A DNA stretch of 64,000 bases from Callorhinchus milii (GCF_018977255.1 NW_024704742.1:112346001-112410000); one strand, 5' to 3'; positions 12,600 to 25,589 are shown, counted from the stretch's first letter. A program made the numbers and translations. Notes: generated by a model from the sequence alone, not told the origin.

Positions 12600-13000
12600 A
12601 ATAAAAAAAAACTTGCATTTGGTATTGCGTCTTTCATGTCAGGAGGACGTCCCAAAGAGTTTCACAGGATTTACAGTGAAGCGACTGTATTTATAGGTGA
12701 ATGTGACAGCCCAATTGCACGCAGCAATGTCTCACAAACAGTCATGAAACGAATGATCAATTTTATTTGGGTGTTTGTTGGCTAAGTTAATAGGAGAAAC
12801 TATGTTCTCTTTTCGAATAGTGTTATTTTAATATCCACCTGAATAAACAGACTGGGTCTCAATTTAATATCTCATCTGAGGATGGCATCTCCGACAATGC
12901 ACTGGAGTGTCAGCTTAGATTATGTGAGTTCAGGTCCCAATGTGGGTCTTGAACCCACAACATTCAGACCAGAGGCGAGAGTTCTATTATTGAGGCAGAC
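12600..13000 (-). mobile_element. Older DeuSINE-like SINE
   Basis: L2-type tail at ~12610, core, degenerate tRNA head (gtgggtcttgaacccac). Confidence 0.65.
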
Positions 13001-13178
13001 AGGAGATCTAAAAGAGAATGACCAGTTTTTTGATCTGGGAGATTGTTGGGCAGGACACCGAGAGAAATTCCCTTCTCTTTTAGAATAGTGTTATTCGTTC
13101 TTTAATGTCAGACAGGCCTGAACAACCAGACAGGTCTATAGTTTAATGTTTCTGCAAATAAAATCTTGTTGGTGTTGT

Positions 13179-14512
13179 ACCTCTCCAAGGTCCTGGAACG
13201 AGTTGTTGCTTCTCAGCTTCGCTCCTTCCTCTTCCACCACTCCCTTCTCGAACCCCGCCATTCAGTTTCCGTGCCGCCCACAGCACAGAAACAGCCCTGG
13301 TCAAAGTGACAAATAACATTCTGTCCATCCGCGACCAGGGCTCCCTCTGCCTCCTCGTCCTACTCAACCTCTCTGCTTCTTCCGACACCGTTGACCACTC
13401 ACCTCAATCTCCACGGCGCTGTCCTTGACTGGTTCAGATCGTACCTCTCATACCTCCTGCACTTCATCTCAAATGGTTTCTCCTCTAGCCCCCGCACCGT
13501 CTCGTGTGGCATTCCTCAGGGCTCTGTCCTTGGTCCCCTCCTCTTCAATATCTATATGCTCCCACTTGGTGACATCATCCGCAGACATGGGGTCAACTTC
13601 CACATGGATGCGGATGACACCCAACTCTACCTCTTTGCCTCCACCCGCAACTCCAGGACCACTGCTGTCTTGACTGAATATCTGCCGGACATCAAGTCCT
13701 GGATGAGCCAACTTTCTTCAGTTGAATGTCAACAAGACCGAGGCTCTCCTGATTGGCTTCCGTCAGTGCCTCCACCTTACTAAGACAGACCGGAACCTTG
13801 AGGTTTTGTTTGACCCTCAACTATCCTTTCTACCCCAGATGACCCGCTCTGCCTTCCCCCATCTCCGCAACATTGCCCGGCTCCGCCACTGTCTCACACC
13901 GCAGGCCACTGAAACCCTCATACATGCTTTCATTACATCCAGGCTCAACTATGCAAACTCATTTCTTGTCGGCCTCTCCTACTCCTCCCTCCACAGGCTG
14001 CAGATCATCCAGAACTCTAAAGCCTATGTCCTCTCCCGCACTAGGCTCTGCGACCCTATCACCCCCATCCTTGCCCAACTCCATTGGCTTCCCATCATAC
14101 AGAGGATACAGCTCAAGATCCTGGTCTTCACCTTCAAAGCTTTCCACGGTCTTGCTCCCCACTATCTCTGCAACCTCCTACCCCCTACCACCCTGTTTGC
14201 TCCCTTCGCTCAGCGGGCTCCGGCCTGCTTCACGTCACCCGCTTTGCTCGCCCCACTGTTGGCGGGCGGACCTTCTGCCACTGTGCACCCACCCTCTGGA
14301 ACTCAATCCCTCCGCCTCGCCCCCTCCCTTGCCTCCTTCAAGACCCATCTCAACACCCTCCTCTTCGACCGTGCTTTCGATCTCCCTGCTTCCCACCCTG
14401 CCCTCCACCCTCCCCCACTCCTACCCCCAGCTCGGGTCTGTAACTCTGTCTGTCCAGCACCTTGGGACGTCCTCCCGACGTGAAAAGTGCTTTACAAATG
14501 TAATTTTGTTGT
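13179..14512 (+). mobile_element. L2 LINE 3' fragment with RT remnants
   Basis: [26 protein letters not shown]2 tail. Confidence 0.9.
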
Positions 14513-16908
14513 CACCTCTGACTGATAAGTTGATATAGTAAATAAAAATGCAGGTTATTTTTATAATGTGGAACAACCAGCACCGGTGATGGAATGAGAA
14601 ATTACGAAGTTCTGTATTTTGAAAAAGAACCAACAAGTTCCTGCCAATTACAAGTTATTTTATTTATATATTTAGAATTATTAGATGTGAAGATGGGTAC
14701 CTTGTGGGAAGTTTAGATGGATAGGCTAGATAGTCTGCTTTAGTCTGAAATTATTGCTTTCTTCACGTGCCAGTGAAATTCTTTATTTCCAGATTTAATA
14801 TCCTATTTGTTTTCTAACTATTTACTTGTCGCACTATGGAAATTTACAATACAGATAAATTTGGCCCATTATTATAACTGTGCTGGATCTTTGAAGAGCA
14901 ATCCATTCAGTTCCATTTCACTTTTTCCTATACCACTTTAAATTACTCCTTTTTAGATATGTATTCCCTCTTAAAAGTTAATATGAATTCAACCACATCT
15001 GGCAGGGCATTTCATATTCTAACAGCTGTGTGTGTGTATTTTTAAAAAAATCCTCTTTCACTGCTCCTTTGCTAATTATCTTAAATTGATGCCCTCTAGT
15101 CACTGACTTGCCAACCATTTGAAGCAATAAATGTGAACATTTTTAGAAATAATTATATGTCCACGGAATATTAACACTAAACACTCTCTGTTAAATATTT
15201 GTGTTATTTATATTGGTAAGCTTTTGGGATGGTACTTTGATGCATTTGATATATTGTAAGGGTAAAAAAGGGTAATAATTTGATGATCTTCCTTTAAAAG
15301 GAGAATTTAAGTATAAATATATACAATACAATATTTTGTGATATTGAAACTTTTAATTTATATACATTTAATGCTGATGTACTTGCAGAGATAGGCATCT
15401 GACTGTTTTTGTATATTTAGATTGCCTTTTATCAATGCTTCATAAAACACAATTATTGGTTGCATAATGGTCTTTCATTTATTGGTTACATTTCATGGTC
15501 TTTCAATGGACTTAAATTTAAATGAGCAGAACTAACAAAATCCATGACTTAAGTACCCGATCTGTGCAGTGAGAACTTCCGAAATGCATATTAAGTCAGT
15601 TATAGGCATTAATAAAATAAGCTGAAATCTGGAGAGGATTCCGTAAGTGGTAGAGGATGCTAATCAGTAGTTAATATTTCATGAAATGTTAGAGTTACAT
15701 TATATTTTTGGAAAATTATTTGAGGAATTATTTTTCATTTTTTTATACCACCTTGAAAAAGAAGGTAGCTGTATTATTAAAAATGGATCTCTGAAAGCAG
15801 GATTTTCAAATCTTGATTTACACATTTTATATTGTTTTTTAAAAAACTGTAGACTACAAGGTAAGCATTTTTCCTTCCTGTTTAGTTGTTTCAGTGAAAT
15901 ATTTCAATGACTACCCTAATCCACATGAACACAAGAATAAAAACTTAATATGTATATTCACAGTAAAAGGCAATTGGAGACCTCAGTATTATGCCTGGGG
16001 ATAGCAAGCATAGTGTCATTTTTGATGATATGAAAGCATCCAATAATTATATAGCAGTGAGCCATTCAAAGTAAATTGGGGAGAAAACTATGCTCAGATG
16101 GAAAATCAAGCAATTTCATGAAGGTTTAGTGCTGGAACGGTGGGTGAAATGGTATGTTGGCAAAGGCTCCCATGACATATTTCAAAGTGGAGCTCAACAT
16201 TAGCCTCACACCTGCATTTTGCAGCAAGTGCAACAACAGAAATCCTAAACGGTAATCGTGCTGACTTTTCCGCTTCATATCCCTGAAGCAATCAAGCCAA
16301 TTTAGTAATCCTGCAATTACCCTGGCTGGGATCAGCCAACTCGTCACAAGACTTAGGAGAAAACTATAACATGGGGCCTTCATGATCTATATGACTGTTT
16401 CAGATTAGATTGTCTCTTTAACAACTGAACCACCGTAAAAGCCCTGTGACTTTTATTTTTTTTAATGTGAATGCTAAACATGAAAATACTGTGCTAGGTA
16501 ATCCATTACATTCAGTACCAAGTCAGATATTCCTGGAAAGTGGGGAGAGAGAAAGAGATGATCGCTTATACACACTGCTCTCACTATGGCTGCTTTGGTT
16601 TAAACAAAAAACAATCTTTAAAACAAAATTTTGGTCACTCACTCCATGTGGGACACTGCTGTGTGCAATTGGCAGTGTGTTTCGCCGACATAATACACAG
16701 TCAATATGCTGTGAAGCACTTTGCGACGTCTCATTGATGTGAAAAGACTCTACCAAGTGCAAGGATTATTATTTGGTTCTCAGACATGAAAAGCAAAGTT
16801 TTCTAATGTTTTGTTAATCTTACAAAAAATTATTTATACATTTTATTTATTAGTTAATGACCTAGAATATTCTTTTGTATTCAAGACTTGAGTAATGAGT
16901 GTTCAAGG

Positions 16909-17025
16909 ATGTATCACAACAGTACACAGAAGAAATGCTGGACATTTCATAATGAGGAAGAACTGGAAACGATGAGAACTGAAGCCAATCAGACATTTCG
17001 GGCCAAGCTTTTCGGAAGTGGAAAG
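16909..17025 (+). CDS. CCNH: Cyclin H coding exon 1 (MYHNSTQKKCWTF...LFGSGK)
   Basis: Manual translation matches the cyclin H N-terminus MYHNS.QK..WTF; 117 nt; GT donor at 17026. Confidence 0.95.
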
Positions 17026-18464
17026 GTAAATTACTTGATTGATTTGCACGTTTAGAAAATATTCAATTCGGCAAGGTTTTAAATAAATTTTATCTTAAAA
17101 AGCATGTTCTATTGTACCTATAATCTGTCTGGTAAGTTTTAAGTTTTAATATCAGGTTTGAGCTTCAATATTTTATTCATTCTGAAGTTGTTTTAAAAAA
17201 TTATAATCTTTTAAATTTTGGTGTGCTGAAATAGTAATCCTCAGTAGGTAAACATAGGTAACACTTCAGTGTTTTTGTTTAACAGTGTAGAATGGCAACA
17301 CCATTTATCAATTCAAGTCTATGACCATTGATCAATACCTTCTGGAGATCCAATTTTGAATGCCACTGTAACTGTGGATTCAATTTCATATTAAATAATA
17401 ATTAATTGATTAATAACATACCTACATGGGATAATGCATAATGGGTAGTGGGAGAATTCCATTTTCCTTGACAAAAGTTAATTTTTATCTTATTGTTTTG
17501 TTAATTCTAATAATAATAATAATAATAATCCTTGCATTTATATAGCGCTTTTCACGTCGGGAGGACGTCCCAAAGCGCTTCACAGAACACACTATAAAGT
17601 GAATTGACTGTATATTTGTGGGCGAACGCGAATTCTGGTGTAAACTTAAGTCATAAGTATTTGGCTTTGGAGCAAAGCTATGGTCAGATTTTCTTCTGTT
17701 GTGTTAAGTGATGGGATGCGGGTTTCCTTACAATTATTATAAATCTTTCACATTGGGAGGATGTCTCGAAGTGCTTCACAGCATACACTGTAAAGTGGAG
17801 TGGTTGTGTTTTGTGGGCGATCCTGGCAGCCACGGGAGAAAGGGAGCGAGTCAGAGGGACTCTGGAATGAAGTTCCAGAGAGTGGGGACAAAAACCCTGC
17901 CTGCCAATGGTGGAGCGGATAGGGTAGGGGGCATGAAGCAGGTCAGTGTTCACTGCGAAGAGAGTAGCTGGTTGCTAGGTTTGAAAGAGGTTGCAGAGAT
18001 AGGGTAGAAGGATTTGAAGATGAGAATGAGGATCTTAAATTAGATCTGCTCAGGGATGGGGTGCCAGTGGGTCAAGCAAGGAGGGGAGCTGAAGCTCACG
18101 GAGCTGGGGAAAGGTGCTATACAAATTGAAATTGTATTGTAATGCCCTGAAGAACTGAGGAATACCACATTTGTCTCTGGGGGTTGGAGGAGAAGCCATT
18201 TGATAAGAGAAAGTGGATATGCCAGGATAGGTGGGGTGGGGGGGTTAACAAAAAATGTCAATTTAAATTTATTCATCTACACTAGGCAGTAAATCCTGTG
18301 AATCATTTTGAGATGTCCTCCTGACATGAAAGGTCCAATATGAAGTGCAAGGATTAATTTTATTTATCTGTAGAAATGGTTAGAAAGATTAGTTAAACAT
18401 TTTTACTGAAGTGACTTATTGCTTTAGTTGTATATATTTCATTTCTTTCTTTGTATGCCATCAC

Positions 18465-19574
18465 CTGGGCCAATAGAAAAGTGTGGAAATATTTGCCAAA
18501 ATTGCGTCAAGATTTGTAAATTCTGTGGACAATTGCAGGGATTTGTTTGGCACATTTTGCAGAAAATGGCAGAATTGATTGGTCCTATTGAGGTACATTT
18601 TATTGCCAAACTATATTTTTTCACTCTTATTGATTATAATCTAAACATAAGGAAATAACACTTTAGATTGTTGCAAAAAATATTAATTACCTCTTTAATG
18701 GGTGGTCATTTTGTTTTTTTTGTGGTGGAATGGGGGGACACCAACCAGGCTACAGGAGCTCACCACTTCCTGCCTCTCAGGGCCAGCACCACACACAGAG
18801 AGTGAGAGGCACCCACAGACACTGAGAGAGAGAGACACATACTCACAGACATAGAAAAACACATGGACAGACAGACAGAGAGAGAGAGAGCGAAGATATA
18901 CACACACACACAGACAGTGGAGAGACACACATACACATTCACACACATTCAGGAACACACACATAGAAGAGATACAGACACACTCACAAACATACATACA
19001 TACTCACAGATGCACTCAAAACAGACATGCATACAGAGGAGAGAGATGCATAGATACTTACAAACGCGCACACACATACAGGGGAGAGAGAGACACACAC
19101 ACACACACTCACAAACGCATGGAGAGACACTCACACAGAAACTCACAAATACACATATAGAAAGAGACATACTCACACAGACACTGAAACACAGAGACAC
19201 ACAAACACTTACAAACACATGGAGAGAGACACACAAACACTTACAAACACATGGAGAGAGACACACAGACACTCACAAACAGAGAGGGACACACACACAC
19301 TCACCAACACACAGAGAGACACACACAGAGAGATACAGTCACACACACAGACACTCAAACACAGAGAGACACACACACGTACACTCAAACACACATAGGG
19401 AGGGACACACAGACACTCACACGCACAAATACGCAGACAATCACAACAGCAGGGCCTCAGAGAAGCCCGTTGGCCACTTACACCGCACATACACACTGGC
19501 CAGAAACTACATTCATAGCGGGTTTGTAGTGGATTTCGCGGAAAAAGTACAGCTACACTTTTCTATTGGCCCAA
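18465..19574. mobile_element. Non-autonomous hAT-like DNA transposon with internal CA/GA microsatellite
   Basis: 20-bp TIR (C/T)TGGGCCAATAGAAAAGTGT (19/20) at 18465-18484 and 19555-19574; 8-bp TSD GCCATCAC at 18457-18464 and 19575-19582. Confidence 0.85.
18788..19435. repeat. Degenerate (CA)n/(GA)n low-complexity tract
   Basis: Directly visible; source of the spurious H/T/R-rich and V/C/S-rich ORFs. Confidence 0.95.
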
Positions 19575-19982
19575 GCCATCACCCAGAAGATGCATTCGGG
19601 TGCCAGTAACTGGAAGTTTACCACACTGCTATCTTGTGGCAAGACTAAAACACTACAATAATGTATTTATTACCTGCCGTTTAGCTCATTGTTATTATTG
19701 ACTGTTACAACTTGAAGGAGCTTAATCTGGTCCTAAGTGAAAAGAAAATGAGTATAAATTTGAAATATTGGCTTTTGAAAAATAACTACACATTTGCCTG
19801 AAATTCAATATACGGCAGTTGGGCAGGAGGCATACATAGAAAACATTGTTACTTTATATTTTCATTTACAAGTGTTCGTGATCAAAGTTAGTCATTAAAG
19901 CTTTTCAGCATCTTTGCTGAGGAGCGACTACAGGCTCTCTAATACTTTTGTCTTAGTAATAGTTGTTTTGGTTTCATTGTAG

Positions 19983-20108
19983 TTCCCTCCAAATGACTCC
20001 ACACATTTGCTGGAACCTCACGAAGAAGAAGTACTTCGTAAATACTATGAAAAACGACTGTTGGACTTTTGCAATGCATTTAAGCCAGTTATGCCCAAAT
20101 CTGTGGTG
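19983..20108 (+). CDS. CCNH: Cyclin H coding exon 2 ([15 protein letters not shown]...[11 protein letters not shown]...MPKSVV)
   Basis: AG/GT flanked, phase 0-0, 126 nt, cyclin H motif LEPHEE..KYYEKRL. Confidence 0.95.
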
Positions 20109-20282
20109 GTAAGAAGATTGGAAATCTGCATTTAACTTGTCTTTTATCTTTACTTGTTAGTAGCCGTGTTACAACTTGACTATAAGTCTGTTCAAACCAT
20201 TTTTATATCGCACTAGTGTGCTATGCACTGTAAAATAATATACTCGTGTTGATTCATTTTCATATGCTATATTTATGTAAAA

Positions 20283-20550
20283 ACCTGGGTTCGATTCCGG
20301 GCAGGTAAGGGGGAAACCTTGGGCAAGTTTCCTTACTCCACACGCCTGATAATAATTCCTCAAGAAAAAAATACATTAATTGGTCACTTCAATCCATGCC
20401 TGTTTGTGGGACACTGCTGTGTGCAATTGGCTGCCACATTTTTCCCACAAATATACAGTCAATTCACTTTACAGTCTATTCTGTAAAGCGCTTTGAGACG
20501 TCTAGAAGATGTGAAAAGCACTACAGCAAATGTAAGGATTATTATTATAT
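20283..20550 (+). mobile_element. tRNA-derived SINE, 5'-clipped
   Basis: B box cctgggttcgattcc, core, (ATT)n tail. Confidence 0.8.
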
Positions 20551-22255
20551 TACTAAACCACAACTAGAAATGTTTTGCTATGACTATTCGGCAGATTACA
20601 TAGTACCAACACAAATAATCGACCCTATGAAATTTATTGAAAGTCACATATTCAACCTTCATTTGGGTACTGGACCTTCTCTGAATCTGTAAAAATCCCT
20701 GAAGGATAGACCAGAAATCTGACATGTATGGCTGGCCAACAAAATTCTGGTTTGTGCCACTGGAGTAACTATTATCTCTTGCTGTCTCTGATAGTACTGT
20801 CTGCAGAAGTGTATAGAAAATGTATTAACACAGGGCAATGTGCTAACATATTATAGTACTTCATAGCTGCTGCGATGAAGCTTTGAGGCACAGCATGAAA
20901 TTAATGTTTCAAAGCTTGAGTAACATTCAAAATTTGCTTACTCTTTGTTATGCAAGTGCATTGAAAGCATTTTGCCTTTGCAATCAGAGTGCAGTGAGTA
21001 TACTTTTGGATTATTATATTATAGTACTCGGTATGGCATACTTCTAATTGATAGATGAATATTAACAAAATATTAACATGTTTGAAGTGTCCTTCAATGA
21101 TGTGCTTACTACATTTAAATTTTTTTAATTAAATTAATTTTTGAAATTGAATTGTATTACCATTGGAAAATCACTTGTATATTAACTTTTCAGTTTCTGA
21201 GAAATTCTTGTCTCCCCTTTCCTTGGTTTTCAGCTCATGGACTGATAATGAGCTGCACCTTTAACATTGCTTTTATTTCTCAAAAGTTGCTCTATTACTG
21301 TAAACCTGATTCTACAAAGTCTCCAAACTATATATTCTTCCAATTTTGGTTTTAAATTTTAAAATGTTACAAGAAAATAAAACTGCAACCAGTCGAAAGG
21401 AATGAAGGCTGTCAAAAATTGCAAATGCAAAATGTTGCAAACTATTGTAAAGATAATAACCCAAGTAATAATCTTCAGAACATTAGGATACACAAGCATA
21501 CAGATGAAGGTAATATTTCCATATGAATTAAACTATTATTAGAAACTAGTTTAGCCAGAAACTGGTGTATAGCTTGAATAGAAGAAAATATTTTTCCCTT
21601 GTAAACAACAACTCACATTTATTTTTAAGTAGTGCCCTTCTCGCAGGGCATTAGCTAAGCCAAATATTGGAAACTCAAGTCCAACACAACATTATGAACA
21701 TGGCGAGTGCTCAGTGAAATCCTGAGCCCTTGGCCGTGACCCCAGGTCCATTGATGTTCTGTTGCTTGCTGGGCTTATCACAGCCTCGATAAGCGCCAAC
21801 TTTCTGCAACCGAATGTTGACAAGATGGAAGCCATCCTGCTTGACTCCATTAGCGTCTTCTCACCTGTGACTCTGATCTCCTTAAATTCCCTGGACTATC
21901 TTTCAGACTCGCTGAACCTTTGTGCAACCGAGACATCAGGTTCAAGCCTCAGTTATCCTTCCTACCCCACATACGGTCCTTGGCCAGGACCACTCTCCTC
22001 CATCTCTGCCACATGGCCCGCCTCTAACCATATCCCACACCCATTGGAGTTGAAATCCTCATTCATGCGTTTGTCACTTCTCACCTCGATTTTTCCAATG
22101 CTCTTCTTGCTGATTTGAAGGGATAACATTTACAGTTCTAATAATACGTAGCCAAAAGTCATAAATTTGTTCACCTGTTTAAAATACAAATTTCTTGTGT
22201 TAAGATACGTCATTGTGAGTGTATGCCTACAATGTTCTTTTTCATGTTTGTTTAG

Positions 22256-22329
22256 GGTACGGCAAGTATGTTTTTCAAGAGATTTTACTTGAACAACTCC
22301 TTGATGGAATACCACCCGAGGACTATTAT
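22256..22329 (+). CDS. CCNH: Cyclin H coding exon 3 (GTASMFFKRFYLNNSLMEYHPRTI)
   Basis: Cyclin box FKRFYLNNS.MEYHPR; AG/GTGAGT; 74 nt. Confidence 0.95.
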
Positions 22330-22700
22330 GTGAGTCTTCATCTTTCATTTTTGTTGGGAAGACTGTTAACAAGGCTCGTCTATTCTCATATTTAATATGG
22401 GAATCAAATGTAAGTATTATTATAGAATCATAGAAACTTAGAGCACAGAAGGAGGCCATCCAGCGCATCGTGTCTGGGCTGGCTTCCAATAAGCAATAAC
22501 CAGATTACTTCATTGTATAGGAGCACTTGACAAGGATGTGATTCATCGCTTGTCCTCTTTAGCTTGGTGATGTGGCAGCGGCTTCCAACCCGTATACTTA
22601 AGCAGTCGATGTCACAGAGGATTGCCCAATGTTGCTATATGTTGATGATTCAACAGATAGAGGTGGAATAGAGGAGTCGGAGAGAAGGCTCTTGCCGGGT

Positions 22701-23050
22701 TATAATAATAATACTTGCATTTGATATAGCGCCTTATCATGTCTTCGAAACATCTCAAAGCGCTTCACAGAATATACTATAAAGTGAATTGTGGGCGAAA
22801 TGCGGCAGCCAGTTGCGCACAGCAGTGTCTCACAGTCACCGACTGAGTGACCAATTTATTATTATTTTTTGAAGGAATTATTACCCCCAGAAAAGCGATC
22901 TGTCAATCGACTAACAACCAGATTCTTACTTACTGCTAGGTAAACAGAGGCGTGTGGAGTAAGGAAACTTGCTCAATGTAGTTATTATTTACCACTCGGG
23001 TATCTCGCTTGCGAGGTGAGTGGTCTAACTACTGAGCTACAGGATTCCAC
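22701..23050 (-). mobile_element. tRNA-derived SINE, long variant
   Basis: Same family with an extra ~70-bp internal segment. Confidence 0.8.
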
Positions 23051-23348
23051 ACTTTAAGGTCATAGGGTTTAAATACAGGCATGGACGAGTTAGGCTGAAT
23101 GACCCGTTTCTATGCTGTAACATGTAATCCGGTGTGTTTTTTTAAAAAGTACATATTCAATTAAAATTGAATTTTCACCAACCTGTGGTTGGTGAAAATG
23201 CCCCTCAATTGCATTTTTCCCCCAGAAGACAGTGAGTAACCTTGAAGTTTTGTTGTTGCTTCTTTAAGAGTTCCTTTTTATTTTTTGTAGTATTGTAGCC
23301 CTTTGTTTTGTTGTTTTTATTAAAGCATTTTTTATTTTTCTGATCTAG

Positions 23349-23559
23349 GTTGACCTGTGTATACTTGGCATGTAAAGTGGATGAATTTAACGTCTCCAGT
23401 TCACAGTTTGTTAGTAATCTTTGGGATAGTCCTGCGGGTCAGGAAAAGGCACTGGAACAGATCCTGGAGTATGAACTCTTGCTCATTCAGCAGCTGAACT
23501 TTCATCTGATTGTCCACAACCCATTCCGACCTTTTGAGGGATTTCTTATTGATCTAAAG
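23349..23559 (+). CDS. CCNH: Cyclin H coding exon 4 ([17 protein letters not shown]...[10 protein letters not shown])
   Basis: ORF track 23350..23565; LACKVDEF and HLIVHNP.RPFEG motifs; 211 nt; AG/GT. Confidence 0.97.
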
Positions 23560-24504
23560 GTATGATACAAATGGTGGTTTGGTTTGCTTTCTGGGTCAAT
23601 TCAGAATAGTGTCTGTTTTGGAAGGCTTATTGTGCATAGTCTGATTTAACCATTTTTACTGCTGGGGATATCCTTATGAGTGGCATAATGCTTACCTTAG
23701 AACCTGTAAGTTATAGGCTGGACTGTTATTCTCCCCAGTTACAAGCTTTAATTGCATTATTCATTTGTTTTCAGTTTGACCACAAGAGAGAAATAACCCA
23801 CATTTAACCCATTTTAAAGCCGGCATTCACTTGTTGAATGATCTGAAGCAATTTATACCAAAATCAATGAGCAGTTGTTTTATATTTCAACTTTTGTTTT
23901 TGATCGGTATGGAAAGTAAGAAGTAAATAATCCTTTCATTTAGTATATCACCTGTCATGTTGGGAGGATGTTCACAATATGAACTGCAAAGAGAAGTGAC
24001 TGTTTTTTGTGGGTGAACATACCAGTTTTAGTTAACACTTCAATAAAAATTAAATAGAAGAACACAAGATCTCTGAACTCCAAAATGCTTTTCCTGTAGA
24101 CATGGCCATATCTATTCTTTTGATTAAGTCCGTTAGAACGACAATGGTTTACATTTATGTAGCATCTTTCATAATGGGAGAATGTCTCAGAGTTTCACAA
24201 ACCTGCTGTGTTTACTCATGTCCTGTTTTTGCTTTTCTCTGTTAAGAACCATTTTCTAATAACAATAAACCAATTAACTATTTGAAACTACTAACTTGAT
24301 TAAGATATATCTTGTAGCTAAGTAAATTTTGTAACTAACTAAAATTAACGAATTGTTCCATCTGGTGGTTGCTGATAGAACTACATTCAATTATAATTTT
24401 GTAGTTAATTAACTTGCGATAAAACCGGGATTACAATTCAATTTAGAAAATTATTGTTTTAGTGAAAAATTAATAGAATTTGCACTCATTCTTTTTCATC
24501 CAAG

Positions 24505-24668
24505 GCTCGATATTCAGCGTTGGAAAACCCAGAAGTTTTGAGAAAAATGGCAGACGAATTTCTCAACCGAGGAACTATGACTGATGCTGGCCTTCTATTT
24601 CCACCATCACTAATTGCAATAACTGCTATCCATTCTAGTGCCTCCAGAGCTGGTATTAATATGGACGG
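24505..24668 (+). CDS. CCNH: Cyclin H coding exon 5 ([14 protein letters not shown]...[11 protein letters not shown])
   Basis: LENPE.LRK.AD.FLNR motif; 164 nt; phases consistent with neighbouring exons. Confidence 0.95.
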
Positions 24669-25190
24669 GTATGTCTTTAACATTCATGCTATAAAATAAT
24701 ACAGCCAACATATTTTTACACGGTACATTTTTAATAGCCTTTCACTCACTAATGGAATCCCAATACATTCTCTGTAGAAGATTCCATTTTCCCAACATTA
24801 ATGCAAGTCTGAGAATGGTAAATAAAACTAGGTAATGACTTAGAGTAAGAAACGCTCTATATTAAGTGCCCAATAAAGATTTTGCTTGTTTGTATATTAG
24901 GATGGGACTGAATGTTCATCCAAAAGGCATAAAGGCCAAACATCTAAGCCAACATAGTACTGGAAACAATGGATTATATCTCATGAATCTACTGGAATTC
25001 TTTGAGGCAGCAATAAGCTAACTTTTCATTCTTCATTAATGTGTATTGGAAAATTAATTGGGTGGTATGTGAAGCCATTGCATGAATTATTTTCATGCGT
25101 CAATGGAATTGTGTACATTAATATTCAAGGTCATAACTGTAAGGTGTTCATCCAGTGAATTTAGGTTTGATTATGTTCTTGGTGTTTTAG

Positions 25191-25261
25191 TTATTTGATG
25201 GAAAGCCTCCTGTTAAGAGATGATCGAGACTGCCTTTCACGGCTAGTTGAAGCAATCAGAT
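25191..25261 (+). CDS. CCNH: Cyclin H coding exon 6 (YLMESLLLRDDRDCLSRLVEAIR)
   Basis: TTTTAG acceptor, GTAAGT donor, 71 nt, frame-consistent. Confidence 0.9.
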
Positions 25262-25589
25262 GTAAGTAATCTTATCAATTGATATATAGAGCAGCAATTT
25301 ATTTCAGGGGTGTCAAATATTCAGCCCCTTCTATTTTTTCTGATGTATGTGCAAACAGTAAGAGAAAAGGCCGCTGACGAGCTTATATCTTGGACAAACA
25401 AGAAAAGTGAGTTGTGTACGATGTTGCTATGGATATGCATTGTACTCTTGTGCACATGGACACAAGATTATTCCCTTAGCATGAAGGTCACTTTTACAAA
25501 GTGCTAACAATATAGTATTTCACCCACAAAATATTCACTCTACAGTATATTCTGTGAAGTGCTTTGAGACATCTCAACGATGTGATTAG

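Noticed and set aside
6364..14538. 200-250 aa ORFs with RT motifs as possible host genes or an active retroelement
   Set aside because: Frameshifted, 5'-truncated L2 LINE fragments with no intact ORF2
18695..19609. Long ORFs, including the 248-aa H/T/R-rich ORF at 18863..19609
   Set aside because: Translations of the CA/GA microsatellite, open on both strands, with no protein signature
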